The notes under the pieces were generated by a model. That model was not told the DNA's origin, did not search any database, and was given only the letters and a program-made list of their open reading frames with translations. A DNA stretch of 62,963 nucleotides, filler included, from Limisphaerales bacterium (GTDB taxonomy: Bacteria > Verrucomicrobiota > Verrucomicrobiia > Limisphaerales > SIBE01): NCBI GenBank assembly GCA_044225505.1. It is 4 parts of 4 records of this genome, joined end to end, with 100 filler letters (N's around TTAATTAATTAA, not from the genome) between each part and the next. Parts side by side here need not be neighbours in the genome. Positions count along the whole stretch, not along the records: positions 32,935 to 49,485 come from JBGAIN010000181.1; positions 49,586 to 62,963 come from JBGAIN010000200.1; 2 more parts are not named here. One strand, 5' to 3'. A program made the position numbers and the translations under genes. Shown one piece after another: positions 48,826 to 58,600 of the stretch (positions are counted from its first letter, which is position 1; each line of letters opens with the position of its first letter).

Positions 48826-49140
48826 ATGAGCAATGAACAACGACAGTTTCTTTCGTTGCCTCGATACCCTGGTCTGATTTCGCTGCTCGAAGCCTGCTGG
48901 CTGTTGGGTTTGGTTGAACATCAGGGAAAGATTTTGGTCCGGAAGGGGCTGTTGGTGCCTGCTGGAAAACGAAGACGGCCACGGAAGGCGCGGATGTTCA
49001 TTTCTGCTTACATTCTCGAATTGGCCCTGGATCGGGACTGGCTCAATAAAGCCAGAGACATCCTGGTTTCGCACTGGGAGGAACAGAACTCTCAAAAGCA
49101 TGGGCGGTTTCAGCGAACGCCGCCATCACCTCTTGCTTGA
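48826..49140 (+). CDS. Small basic hypothetical protein, possible HTH/excisionase-like
   Basis: LISLLEACWLLG...ILVRKGLL..AG pattern; located in mobile region. Confidence 0.5.
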   Translation: MSNEQRQFLSLPRYPGLISLLEACWLLGLVEHQGKILVRKGLLVPAGKRRRPRKARMFISAYILELALDRDWLNKARDILVSHWEEQNSQKHGRFQRTPPSPLA

Positions 49141-49326
49141 GTTTGTCCTCGACTCGAATCGTAATCGGCGTTTCGGGCCCACAAAAGTCCGAGCAACGAG
49201 TGGCGATGCGTTTTCTCAAGGGGGGCACGACGTTCCCATTGGAGAGTTGCCCGCCTTGGCGGAGTTGATCATCAAGGCCGCTGAAAACACGCAGGTCTGG
49301 GTGGAGTCTGGATTCGCCGCCGTGCC

Positions 49327-49485
49327 CTATTCCGCCGCCGACATGCGAATCCGGACTAGCAACTCGTGAATTTGCTGTTTGGTCGATGCGGCAGGCAGTT
49401 CGGGCAACTGACTGGCGTCGCGCGCACGCTCCAGGGCCGCGCGCAGGCGATCGTATTCTCGCCGGTGAAACTGGACATCAGCGTC
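49327..49485 (-). CDS. C-terminus of a probable nucleotidyltransferase-domain (YcgL/RlaP-like) protein, cut by contig end
   Basis: DADVQFHRREYDRLRAALERARDASQLPELP...HELLVRIR; family recognised by eye. Confidence 0.6.
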   Translation of the reverse strand, partial: DADVQFHRREYDRLRAALERARDASQLPELPAASTKQQIHELLVRIRMSAAE

Positions 49486-49585
49486 NNNNNNNNNNNNNNN
49501 NNNNNNNNNNNNNNNNNNNNNNNNNNNNNTTAATTAATTAANNNNNNNNNNNNNNNNNNNNNNNNNNNNNNNNNNNNNNNNNNNN
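49486..49585. other. Artificial contig spacer
   Basis: N-TTAATTAATTAA-N, 100 nt. Confidence 0.99.
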
Positions 49586-49600
49586 ACGACGAGGTGCCAT

Positions 49601-49696
49601 GCCCAACAAGTCGAGGCAACGAATGAGCGGCGAGAACATCAACTTGGAATTTGAGCAGTGCGAAATGCCGCTCATCGTTGCTCTTCATCGTTAAAC
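49601..49696 (+). repeat. attC site 1
   Basis: R'' GCCCAAC and R' GTTAAAC. Arm GAG(G)CAACGA(A)TGAGCGGC pairs with GCCGCTCATCGTTGCTC, leaving two extrahelical bases. Confidence 0.88.
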
Positions 49697-49701
49697 GATC
49701 G

Positions 49702-50178
49702 ATGGCCGCACTCCACGAATCCTACGTCGCACTACGAATTCACGGGGACTCACTCGATCCTACTGAAATTAGTCGGATTATGGGCTGCTCTCCGACTAAG
49801 GCTTACGTCAAGGGCCAAGTTCAGTACAAAACGAAGCTCTATACGACCGGAGGTTGGCTACTGGACGCGACTGTCCGAGCACCAGGTGATTTCGACGCGC
49901 AGGTTTCGGAGCTTTTCAGCCGAGTGACGAAGGAATTGACCGTATGGTCCAATCTGTCCGGGAAATTCGTCATTGACCTCTTTTGCGGCTTCTTCATGAA
50001 GGAAACCAACGAAGGAATCGAGCTTTCAGCAGAGACGATGCGGATGCTTTCCGAGCGCGGGATCAAAGTGGGCATCTGCCTTTACGCGCCGACGGAGGAC
50101 GTTCAGCCGACTGACTCTTGTCCCTGTAGGAGTGGGAGAGCTTATGCGGACTGTTGTGCTCCGAAACCAGAAGTTTAA
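49702..50178 (+). CDS. Cassette gene: DUF4279 protein with C-terminal SEC-C motif
   Basis: LRIHGDSLDPTEISRIMG..PT, GGWLL, IDLFCG; CPCRSGRAYADCC. The stop lies within R'' of attC2. Confidence 0.85.
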   Translation: MAALHESYVALRIHGDSLDPTEISRIMGCSPTKAYVKGQVQYKTKLYTTGGWLLDATVRAPGDFDAQVSELFSRVTKELTVWSNLSGKFVIDLFCGFFMKETNEGIELSAETMRMLSERGIKVGICLYAPTEDVQPTDSCPCRSGRAYADCCAPKPEV

Positions 50179-50302
50179 CCCACCGCCTGGACGCGAACTG
50201 CTGCTGCGTCAGCAGCATTGCGGCTTGCCGGAAATCCCCGAGAGGATACTGTGACGGCGTGAGCCTCGGTCCAGCGGCAGTCGGTCAGGCGGACCGTTAC
50301 GC
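50173..50302 (+). repeat. attC site 2
   Basis: GTTTAAC ... GTTACGC. Arm CCGCCTG(G)AC(G)CGA(A)CTGCTGCTG pairs with CAGCGGCAGTCGGTCAGGCGG. Confidence 0.85.
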
Positions 50303-50333
50303 CAGAGAAACCTCAGCGCCTTCGAACACTCCT

Positions 50334-50732
50334 ATGGAAGACTCACCGCAGCAGGCCTGTCGATCTTACCGAAGCGTTCTCGGCCTCAAGGTCGCCGTGA
50401 TTGTCGCAATCGCTCTTTCGGCGTGCTCAAGTCCGGTTCAATCCGGCTTGGAGGGCAAATGGAAAGGCGACAACCGGACCGAAACGGTGGAATTTGGCAA
50501 GGATGGGGAAATCCAAGCCGTCGATGGAGCGGGCAACCGTCTGACTGGACATTTCGAGTTCGTAGACAACGACCACGTCCGGTTGCTCATGTCCAGTTCG
50601 TCCCTTGACAAGAAGACCGGAGTTCGTGCGGAGGGCACGATGATCGCCCTCTGCAAATTCGAGGTGCGTGGCGGCACGCTAACCATGACCGACGAAGATG
50701 GATCGACCCACCAGTATAGAAAGGCTCGGTGA
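50334..50732 (+). CDS. Cassette gene: putative lipoprotein, lipocalin-like/DUF5640-like
   Basis: Lipobox LSAC; LEGKWKG...VEFGKDG...GHFEF. Confidence 0.7.
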   Translation: MEDSPQQACRSYRSVLGLKVAVIVAIALSACSSPVQSGLEGKWKGDNRTETVEFGKDGEIQAVDGAGNRLTGHFEFVDNDHVRLLMSSSSLDKKTGVRAEGTMIALCKFEVRGGTLTMTDEDGSTHQYRKAR

Positions 50733-50747
50733 GATTGCATGCTGCTA

Positions 50748-50840
50748 CGGTAACGACCGAATGCATCGATCACCACGAGATGCTGCGACCCAGATGAACG
50801 ATGACGCGGGGTGCGGTGTCGATGATCCGGATCGTCTACG
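50748..50840 (+). repeat. attC site 3 (R' mutated to GTC)
   Basis: CGGTAAC ... GTCTACG. Arm GAAT(G)CATCGA(T)CACC pairs with GGTGTCGATGATCC. Confidence 0.72.
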
Positions 50841-50849
50841 CGTGAATAA

Positions 50850-51156
50850 ATGCCTGTCCTCCGCTGTAAGAGTGTTTGGTTTGGGTCCACCGGAGACGAG
50901 CGGGCATTTTTTGAGTTTGCGAAGGGCATTCAGGCTGTTCGAAAAGTCTACGGGGAGGGCGAGGAGATTCTGCTGCGGGTCGTGTCGCGTCCATCGCAGG
51001 CATCACTCCGCGATCTGATCGCGTTGTTTTTACTAGTATTACATCGAGATGTCTCAGCTGCGACAGTTTTGTAGCCCGAGCAATCGGCAGTGGTTCCACG
51101 ATCCTCAGAAGTTTTGGTTTGAGAAGATCTTCCGAAATGCTACGACATTGGCGTAA
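50850..51156 (+). pseudogene. Cassette gene, hypothetical protein with a frameshift and an in-frame TAG
   Basis: ...SLRDLIALF then, after a +1 shift, Y*YYIEMSQLRQF...FWFEKIFRNATTLA*. This final stop lies in R'' of attC4. Confidence 0.7.
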
Positions 51157-51240
51157 CCACCGCATGCATTGAGCACCGCGAGGAAACCAAACCGGAGATC
51201 GGCCCGGCGGGTGCGGAGTCGATGATGCAGATCGTTGCTC
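51151..51240 (+). repeat. attC site 4
   Basis: GCGTAAC ... GTTGCTC. Arm GCAT(G)CATTGA(G)CACCGC pairs with GCGGAGTCGATGATGC; similar to attC3. Confidence 0.78.
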
Positions 51241-51312
51241 GTCATGGACGCGTTTCTGACGAATGAATGCTTACTTCGACGAATATCAAGTCGGTATAAA
51301 TCTGCTCTGAGT

Positions 51313-51663
51313 ATGATTGCTGATCACGACGCCTATATTGCTGAAGCTCCTAAAGACCTCCGTCCTCTGCTCGTTCGACTGCGCGCTCAACTGGTGCACG
51401 CTCTGCCTGACGCCGAAGAAGTGATCGCCTACAAAATGCCAGGGTTCAAGATAGGAGAATCCATCATCGCCGGTTATGCAGCGTTCAGTAAGCAATGCGG
51501 CCTCTATCTGTCTCCTTCAGCTATCAAGTCGCACGCCGACGACATTGCCGCGGCCGGGCTCAAGTCTACCAAGACCGGCGTCACCTTTTCGCCTAGCCAA
51601 CCCATCCCTGACGGGCTTTTTAAGAAACTCGCCCTAGCTTCTAGAAGGCATCATAAACTCTGA
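51313..51663 (+). CDS. Cassette gene: DUF1801 (YdhG-like) protein
   Basis: HDAYIAEAP...LRAQL...PDAEEVIAYKMPGF...YAAFSKQCGLY...PIP. Confidence 0.88.
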   Translation: MIADHDAYIAEAPKDLRPLLVRLRAQLVHALPDAEEVIAYKMPGFKIGESIIAGYAAFSKQCGLYLSPSAIKSHADDIAAAGLKSTKTGVTFSPSQPIPDGLFKKLALASRRHHKL

Positions 51664-51693
51664 GAGTCCGTTTGAACGCCAATTGCGCGGTTC

Positions 51694-51797
51694 CCACGAA
51701 TGACGCTCGACGAACCAGCGGCACCGATCTCGGCGAGAACTACCCGGTTCCAGATCGAATGCTACGGGTGCCGGGGCAGCGAGCGGCATTGTTCTCC
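51694..51797 (+). repeat. Degenerate attC-like site 5
   Basis: AATGACGCTCG...CGGCACC pairs imperfectly with GGTGCCG...CGAGCGGCATT, followed by GTTCTCC. R'' is not canonical. Confidence 0.5.
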
Positions 51798-51815
51798 AGA
51801 CGCGCACGTTATCCA

Positions 51816-52445
51816 ATGACAACCAGGACCTTTTGCATCGTTGCCGCCCTCTTCCTGTGGACCCCGCTGATCAACTCGCCAGCCGCGGCAGAGTCGTATG
51901 GCATTTTCAAGTCCGACGATGGCGGGCAGGTTTTTGCGTTGGCGGAGGTCGAAGGTGTGTTGTTTGCCGCTCTTTACAATCGAGGGCTTTATGCCTTGGG
52001 CGCGAAAGATCGCTCGTGGTCCAGGATTCGAGGCGTTCAGCCGCTTGTCCTGGCGAACGCTGGCGGCACACTGATTGTAGGACATAATCCCGGCGGCCTG
52101 TATTGGAGTAGGGATTTGGGTATCACTTGGTCGAAGGGAATCGCCACGGTCGATACGCCCAGCCTGCTTGGTGCAACACTTGCAGGGGATAGCGGCGAGC
52201 TTTCAGCCGAAGCCCCCGTTTGGGAAATTGGGTCCAACGGTAGCTTGGTATTTGCCGGTGCCTCGGCAGGGATCTATTACTCAGGCGACTCGGGGCGGCA
52301 CTGGGCTCGCGCGCGTCAAGGGCTTCCAGAAGAAAGTCCAGGCATAGCATTTCTGGTAAAGCGGGAGTTTATTCTCGCAGCGACACCGATCAAGGCGAAG
52401 AACGGCGAACCAGCAGCTGGGCATTCCGGCCATGGCCAGGAGTAA
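51816..52445 (+). CDS. Probable cassette gene: secreted BNR/Asp-box repeat protein (possibly internally deleted)
   Basis: Signal peptide; GIFKSDDGG, LYWSRDLGITW, YYSGDSGRHW. Confidence 0.7.
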   Translation: MTTRTFCIVAALFLWTPLINSPAAAESYGIFKSDDGGQVFALAEVEGVLFAALYNRGLYALGAKDRSWSRIRGVQPLVLANAGGTLIVGHNPGGLYWSRDLGITWSKGIATVDTPSLLGATLAGDSGELSAEAPVWEIGSNGSLVFAGASAGIYYSGDSGRHWARARQGLPEESPGIAFLVKREFILAATPIKAKNGEPAAGHSGHGQE

Positions 52446-52721
52446 AGAACCAGGCAAGGTGTCGGTGATGACGCTGCTGTTGGTGATGCTAAAGCCACTG
52501 TTGAGCGAATGTTGGATTGATGTTTGATGGCGCTGGAGTTCGTCACCGGTCGGGTTGCATGTTTTCCCGTTTCCGCATCTCTATCGGTCAACGAGAGCGA
52601 ACCCTGCCAGACAATTCCGCTGTCCGTCTGATCCCACGCCGCCGTTGACTTGGGCTGATTTTTGTTCGAACGTCACCCATTCGAAATTGATGGTGGGTTG
52701 AAGTGAGTTCCCGAAATCCCT

Positions 52722-53645
52722 ATGCGCTCCGTCAAAACCGCGTGCTCTATCACCCTTGCCTGGGTATTCCTAGGTTGTGTCGCTGCGTTTGCGAAAGATG
52801 CCCGGCCTGTGAGAGTTCTCGTCTGGGATGAACGTCAGCCAGCGCAAAAGCAGGCTTACTCTAACTACTTAGGGAACCAGATCGCCCAGGCATTAGCTCT
52901 GGCGCCTGATCTGCGTGTCCAGTCGGTCGGGTTGGATGACCCTGGCCAAGGTTTGACGACCCTTGACGAGTGCGACGTGTTGGTCTGGTGGGGACATGTC
53001 CGACAGCACGAAATCAGCCCTCAAACCGCGCGCGAGATCGTCTCGCGGATTCGTTCTGGCAAGCTCTCCCTCGTTGTCCTGCATTCTGCCCATTGGTCAC
53101 AGCCTTTTGTCGAAGCCATGCGCGATCGGGCTCGCTCGGATGCCCTCGCTCAAGTTCATCCGGTAGAACGGGCTTCAGTCGTATGGGTGGAGACGAATCT
53201 GTTCCAAAATTTCCGGACGCCGCCCAAGTATGACACGATGCTCTCGCCGTCCGCGATCTATCGCAGGCCGATGGCCGGCCCAGTCACGATCCAGTTGACC
53301 TTGCCGAACTACTGTTTCCCAGCTTATCGCGGGGACGGGAAGCCGAGCCAGATTCGCGTGCTGAAACCGGAACATCCCATCGGCCGCGGCTTGCCCTCGG
53401 CGTTTACCATCGACCAAACGGAAATGTATGACGAACCGTTTCACGTCCCGCCACCCGACGAAGTGATTCTGGAAGAACGTTGGGCCACGGGCGAGTGGTT
53501 TCGCAGTGGCAGTGTTTGGCAACTCGAGAAGGGGCAGATTTTCTATTTCCGACCCGGGCACGAAACCTACCCTGTGTTTAAGAATCCCAACGTGCTAAAG
53601 GTGATCGAGAACGCGGTCCGCTGGCTGGGGCAAGGCGATGATTGA
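52722..53645 (+). CDS. ThuA-like (trehalose utilization) domain protein
   Basis: RVLVWDE, DVLVWWGH, LHSAHWS, EMYDEPF, FYFRPGHETYP. Confidence 0.92.
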   Translation: MRSVKTACSITLAWVFLGCVAAFAKDARPVRVLVWDERQPAQKQAYSNYLGNQIAQALALAPDLRVQSVGLDDPGQGLTTLDECDVLVWWGHVRQHEISPQTAREIVSRIRSGKLSLVVLHSAHWSQPFVEAMRDRARSDALAQVHPVERASVVWVETNLFQNFRTPPKYDTMLSPSAIYRRPMAGPVTIQLTLPNYCFPAYRGDGKPSQIRVLKPEHPIGRGLPSAFTIDQTEMYDEPFHVPPPDEVILEERWATGEWFRSGSVWQLEKGQIFYFRPGHETYPVFKNPNVLKVIENAVRWLGQGDD

Positions 53646-55609
53646 AGAACGGAATTCCAGTCGAAGGGAGCGAGGCAGTGCGGTCGGCCCGGAAGAGATT
53701 CCGATCTTCGCGCCGGCGGTACTCCAACTTCCGGGAGGACTATCGGGAACGTCAGTTCGAGGATGAGTCCGGCGGAGAGCAGAGCCCCGCAACCAAGGAT
53801 GGGGCGAAGGGACCACGCACGACTCTGGGAGGGAAGCGGCGGGAATACCTGCGTGAATATCTGCGGTGGCTCTGGCCGTATCGTTTCCCGATCGGCGCGC
53901 TCTTCCTCTTGGCACTGTTCGTGGCTGGACTGGAGATGGTGGAGCCGCTTTTCATGCGCTACATCATTGATCAAGTGCTGCTGAATCCGCGATTGGATGC
54001 GGCGGCGCGGTTACCGAGACTACATTGGGCGGGGGGATTGTTCGTTGGGATTGTCATCCTTTCCAAGCTGATCGCGGTGCTCAAGGACTATCGCCAGCGA
54101 TTGGTCAACGTGCGGGTCATGTTGTCGTTGCGTAGGTTTCTCTACGATCGACTGCTTCATCTGCCGTTGCCAAGGCTCTGGGACATGAAAACCGGTGGCA
54201 TCCTCTCGCGTTTAACCGGGGACGTGGACACCACGACGGGACTGCTGCAAATGGCGCTCATCTCTCCGGCGGTCTCGGTGGTGCGGTTAATCATCGCCAT
54301 CGGTGTGCTGCTTAGCCTGAACTGGCGGCTCGCGTTGACGGCGTTGGCCATCATTCCGGGCGTCATGCTCGCCAGTTTCGCGTTTGCCCGCCGCATCCGC
54401 CCGATCTATCGCTCCGTGCGCAAAGATGTGGAGCAGATCGATGGACGAGTGGGGGAGACCTTTTCCGGGATTCGGGTCGTGCGCGCTTTTGGCCGGGAAA
54501 CTCGCGAGTCCTTCGAGTACATGCTCGGCCGGCACACGGTGTTGCGGAAAGAACTGTTTGCGCATCGCCGCGAGTTGGTGGTGTGGACATCGTGGGGGTT
54601 GCTGCTCGGTGCCGTCAATGTGGTGATCGTCTGGTATGGTGGCTACTTGAATATCATGGGGGGCGCATCGATTGGCGATATCATGGCCTTTCAATGGTAC
54701 ACCTTCCTGCTCCTGAATCCGGTCTGGCAGATCGTCAATTCCTTCTCCGAGCTGCAACGGTCTCTCGCGGCCATGGAACGCGTGTTCGAAGTGTTGGCTA
54801 TGGACGCCGACAAGCCCGACCGCCCGGAGGCGCGCGAAGCCCCTGCGACCGTCGAAGAAATCCGCTTTGAGAAGGTTGAGTTCGAGTATCGCGAAGGGCA
54901 ACCCGTGGTGAAGGACTTTTCGGTGGTGGTCCCGGGAGGGACGGTGGTCGCTTTGGTCGGACGCAGTGGCGCGGGCAAGACGACGGTGACGGATCTGGTA
55001 GCGCGTTTCCACGATCCAACGCGAGGCCAAATCCTCCTGAATGGGGTGGACATCCGCGACTTCCGCTTGAGCACCTACCGCGACCTGTTAGCACTTGTGC
55101 AGCAAGATGTCTTTCTCTTCGACGGGTCCGTTCGCGATAATATTGCTTACGGACGGCACACGGCTTCCGATGCCGAGATCGAAGATGCGGCCCGGCGGGC
55201 GAACGCCCACGAGTTCATCGCCAAGCTTCCGCAACAGTATGAGACGTTTATCGGGGAACGGGGGGTGAAGCTTTCCGGCGGTCAATGCCAGCGCCTGGCG
55301 ATTGCGCGTGCGATCCTGGCTTCACCGCAGATCCTGATTCTGGACGAGGCAACGAGCAACCTGGACACGGAGAGCGAGCAACTGATCCAAGCGTCCATGG
55401 CCACGCTGCTGGCAGGGCGAACGACGTTTGTCATCGCCCATCGGCTTTCCACGATCCGTCGCGCCCATTTGATTCTCCTAATGGAGAATGGCCGAGTGAC
55501 CGAACGCGGCACCCATGAGCAGTTGATGAATGCGCGAGGAACGTACTACGAAATGGTCCGGCGCCAGATGGCTTCTCACCATTCGCCCGAAGACGAACTT
55601 TGGCGATGA
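53642..55609 (+). CDS. ABC exporter, fused permease/ATP-binding subunit
   Basis: TM domain, GRSGAGKTT, LSGGQCQR, ILILDEATS, IAHRLST. Start uncertain. Confidence 0.95.
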   Translation: MKNGIPVEGSEAVRSARKRFRSSRRRYSNFREDYRERQFEDESGGEQSPATKDGAKGPRTTLGGKRREYLREYLRWLWPYRFPIGALFLLALFVAGLEMVEPLFMRYIIDQVLLNPRLDAAARLPRLHWAGGLFVGIVILSKLIAVLKDYRQRLVNVRVMLSLRRFLYDRLLHLPLPRLWDMKTGGILSRLTGDVDTTTGLLQMALISPAVSVVRLIIAIGVLLSLNWRLALTALAIIPGVMLASFAFARRIRPIYRSVRKDVEQIDGRVGETFSGIRVVRAFGRETRESFEYMLGRHTVLRKELFAHRRELVVWTSWGLLLGAVNVVIVWYGGYLNIMGGASIGDIMAFQWYTFLLLNPVWQIVNSFSELQRSLAAMERVFEVLAMDADKPDRPEAREAPATVEEIRFEKVEFEYREGQPVVKDFSVVVPGGTVVALVGRSGAGKTTVTDLVARFHDPTRGQILLNGVDIRDFRLSTYRDLLALVQQDVFLFDGSVRDNIAYGRHTASDAEIEDAARRANAHEFIAKLPQQYETFIGERGVKLSGGQCQRLAIARAILASPQILILDEATSNLDTESEQLIQASMATLLAGRTTFVIAHRLSTIRRAHLILLMENGRVTERGTHEQLMNARGTYYEMVRRQMASHHSPEDELWR

Positions 55610-55667
55610 CGTACGGTCGCGCCCGGGCTAGAGTGCGCCTGCCAGAAAACCCAATCGTAAACGACAC

Positions 55668-58600
55668 GTGATGTTGAATCGTGGTATTCCATTGGGCCTC
55701 TTTTGCCGAGGTCGTATATTCGGGGCGTGGCGGTCTGCAAAAGGCCCGCGGCAGCGGCCGCTGCAAATCAACCCGTTACGCGTGTTTGAGGTCTTGGCTG
55801 GGTGTTTTGTCTCTAGGCCCGCTCCGGAAAATGCAGTTGGCAGACTGGCGCTCCGTGCCCCGTGGCATCGGGCCACGATCGCGGGGACGCGAATAGCGCT
55901 CGTGCTGGCTGCTCTCTTGGTGCGACGCCACGCCGCGGATCTGGCGGGTGAGTTCAGTCGCGAGATCCGCCCGCTCGTCCAAAACTACTGTTTGGGTTGC
56001 CACTCCACCGAAAAGCACAAGGGCGATCTCGACTTGGAGAGATTTGGCACCATGGCGGACGTGTTGAAAACACCCAAGCCCTGGCAGCAAGCAATCGAGC
56101 AACTGTCCTTGGGGGAAATGCCGCCTAAGGGAAAGCCGTCGCCCACGCCGGCTGAACGCGAACAACTATTTCGCTGGATCAATGAGTCGCTCGACCAGGC
56201 TGCCCTGGCGCGGGAGGGTGACCCCGGCCCAGTCCCGCTCCGCCGCTTAAACAACGCTGAGTATACCTATACCCTCCGCGATTTGACTGGGGTGGTTTCC
56301 CTGGATCCAGCCAAGGAGTTTCCTGCGGACAGCGCTGCTGGGGAAGGCTTCATGAATACTGGAGGGTCCCTGGTAATGTCTCCGGCATTGCTCTCCAAGT
56401 ATCTGGATGCAGGCAAGGAAATCGCCAGCCACGCTGTTCTGGTGTCCGACGGGTTCCGCTTCTCGAGCAAGACGAGCCGCCGTGATTGGACCGAGGAGTT
56501 GGTGACCGAGATCCGCGAGTTTTACCGACGGTTTACGGACGCCCGCGGCGCTGAGAAGGTGAACTTGCAGGGCATTGTTTTTGATACGAATGCGGGTGGG
56601 CGGTTGCCTGTGGAAGCTTACTTACGTGCGACGTTGGAATGGCGCGCTTTGATCGAACAAGCCCAAAAGAGCTCGCGCCAGGGCGGGCCCGTAGGGGAAG
56701 AATCCACGGCGCGCGGGGCGGCCGTCGGGGCGTCGGTGGCCCGGGGATTGCACGCTTTCGCGGTGGAGCGCGGGCTGAGCGGCAAGTATCTTGAGTCCCT
56801 ATGGGAGTTGCTGCATCGCGAGGATGGGTCCCTCGTCGTCGATGCGATTCGGGCGTCATGGCGGCAAGCGCAGCCAGAGGACGCCGCCGAGTTGGCAACC
56901 GCGGTGGGCCGATGGCAAAAGGCGCTTTGGAAGTTTTCGAGTGTGGGGCACATCGGCAAGCTCAACGGCCCCAAAGCTTGGATGGAGCCGGTCAGTCCTT
57001 TGGCGGAAACGCAAGAGTTTCGTCTGAAGTTGGTCGCGCCGACCAACGATCCGATCATCCGCGTGTTCCTTCAGGCCCGGGACGGAGGCGATGGCAACAC
57101 CAACGACGTCGTCCTCTGGCAGCGGCCGCGGTTGGTGGTGCCAGGGCGACCGGACCTGCTGCTGCGCGATACGCGGAAGTTTATTGAGGAAGCTCTGGAC
57201 CGGCGCGAACGTGTGTTTGCGGCGGTGGCCAGATGTTTAGAGATCGCCGCGAGCGCCGCAGCTTCGACGAATGAGATTGACCTGGTGAAACTGGCGGGAC
57301 AGCACAACGCCGATGCCGACGCGTTAGCGGCTTGGTTCGGTTACTTGGGAATTGGGGGAGGCACCGCTGCACGATTGGATTATTTCACGAATCGAATTGC
57401 GAGTGCGTCTGGCTATACATTCATCCAAGGGTGGGGGAGCGCGGATACCCCGAGCATTATGGCCAACGCCTCGGACCAGGAGGTGCGTATTCCCGGGAAA
57501 ATGAAACCGCACGCCGTCGCGGTCCATCCTTCCCCCAAACTGAATGTTGGAATTGGGTGGCGCAGTCCTGGGACGGCAGTGGTTCGCCTGGAAGGCGCTG
57601 TGACTCATGCGCATCCTGAGTGCGGGAACGGTGTGGAGTGGACCTTGGAACTGCGTCGTGGGCAGACCAGGCAAGTGTTAGCTAAAGGCGTCGCCCAGGG
57701 GGGACAACCCGTTCGATTCCGGGCCTCGAACGACGTCGGCGTGCAGAATGGCGATTTGATCTCCGTCTTGGTGGGGGCCCGCGATGGAAACCATTCGTGC
57801 GATCTGACGGATATCGAATGGACCATTCAAGAGGTCCGCGAGGGAGGCCAACGCTGGGCTTTGGCGGACGTAAGCCGCGACCTTCCTGCGGCCAATCCAC
57901 ATCCTGACAACGATGGTCGCGAAGGGATCTGGCACTTTTACACGGAAGCGGTCTCGGGAACCGGCGCGGGCGCAATTATTCCGGCTGGCTCGCTCCTGGC
58001 CCGTTGGCAGTGCGCAGCTAACCCACAAAGCAGGGGGGCGTTAGCCAGCGCGATTGGAGATCTGCTCAAAACGCCTCCGCCAGCGACCGAGCAAAGTGCA
58101 GACGCAGCGCTTTATCGGCAACTGGCGTCTTTGTCCGGGCCGCTCTTTGCCCATAGCGTTCGAGGAGATGTCAAATTATCGGAGGCTCGGAAACAGGCGC
58201 GAAACGCTGCCCGCTCGACGGACGATCAAGAAACAGCGTGGGGAATGGATCCAAGTGATTTTGGTAAAGATCCGGAAGGGAAGGCGAGCGTCGATGACGC
58301 CGACTTGTGCGTGCGTGCCCCGGCGGTGTCGGAGATCCGTTTGCCTGCTGACTTGGTCTCGGGGGCGGAATTGGTAGTGACGGGCTGCTTGCACCCGCAA
58401 TCCGGAAGGGAGGGCAGTGTTCAGTTACAGGTCGCCCGGGTCAAACCAACCGAGAGCGCCGGACTTGTGGCCGGTGTCACCGAGGTGAACCGAATGGGAG
58501 GCATGTGGACTTCGGACGATCGCCGAATCTCGCACAGCTCCCCGATTCTCGTTAAGCCTGGAAGCTCGGCCCAGGCACGCTTGGAAGCGGGTTTCGACGT

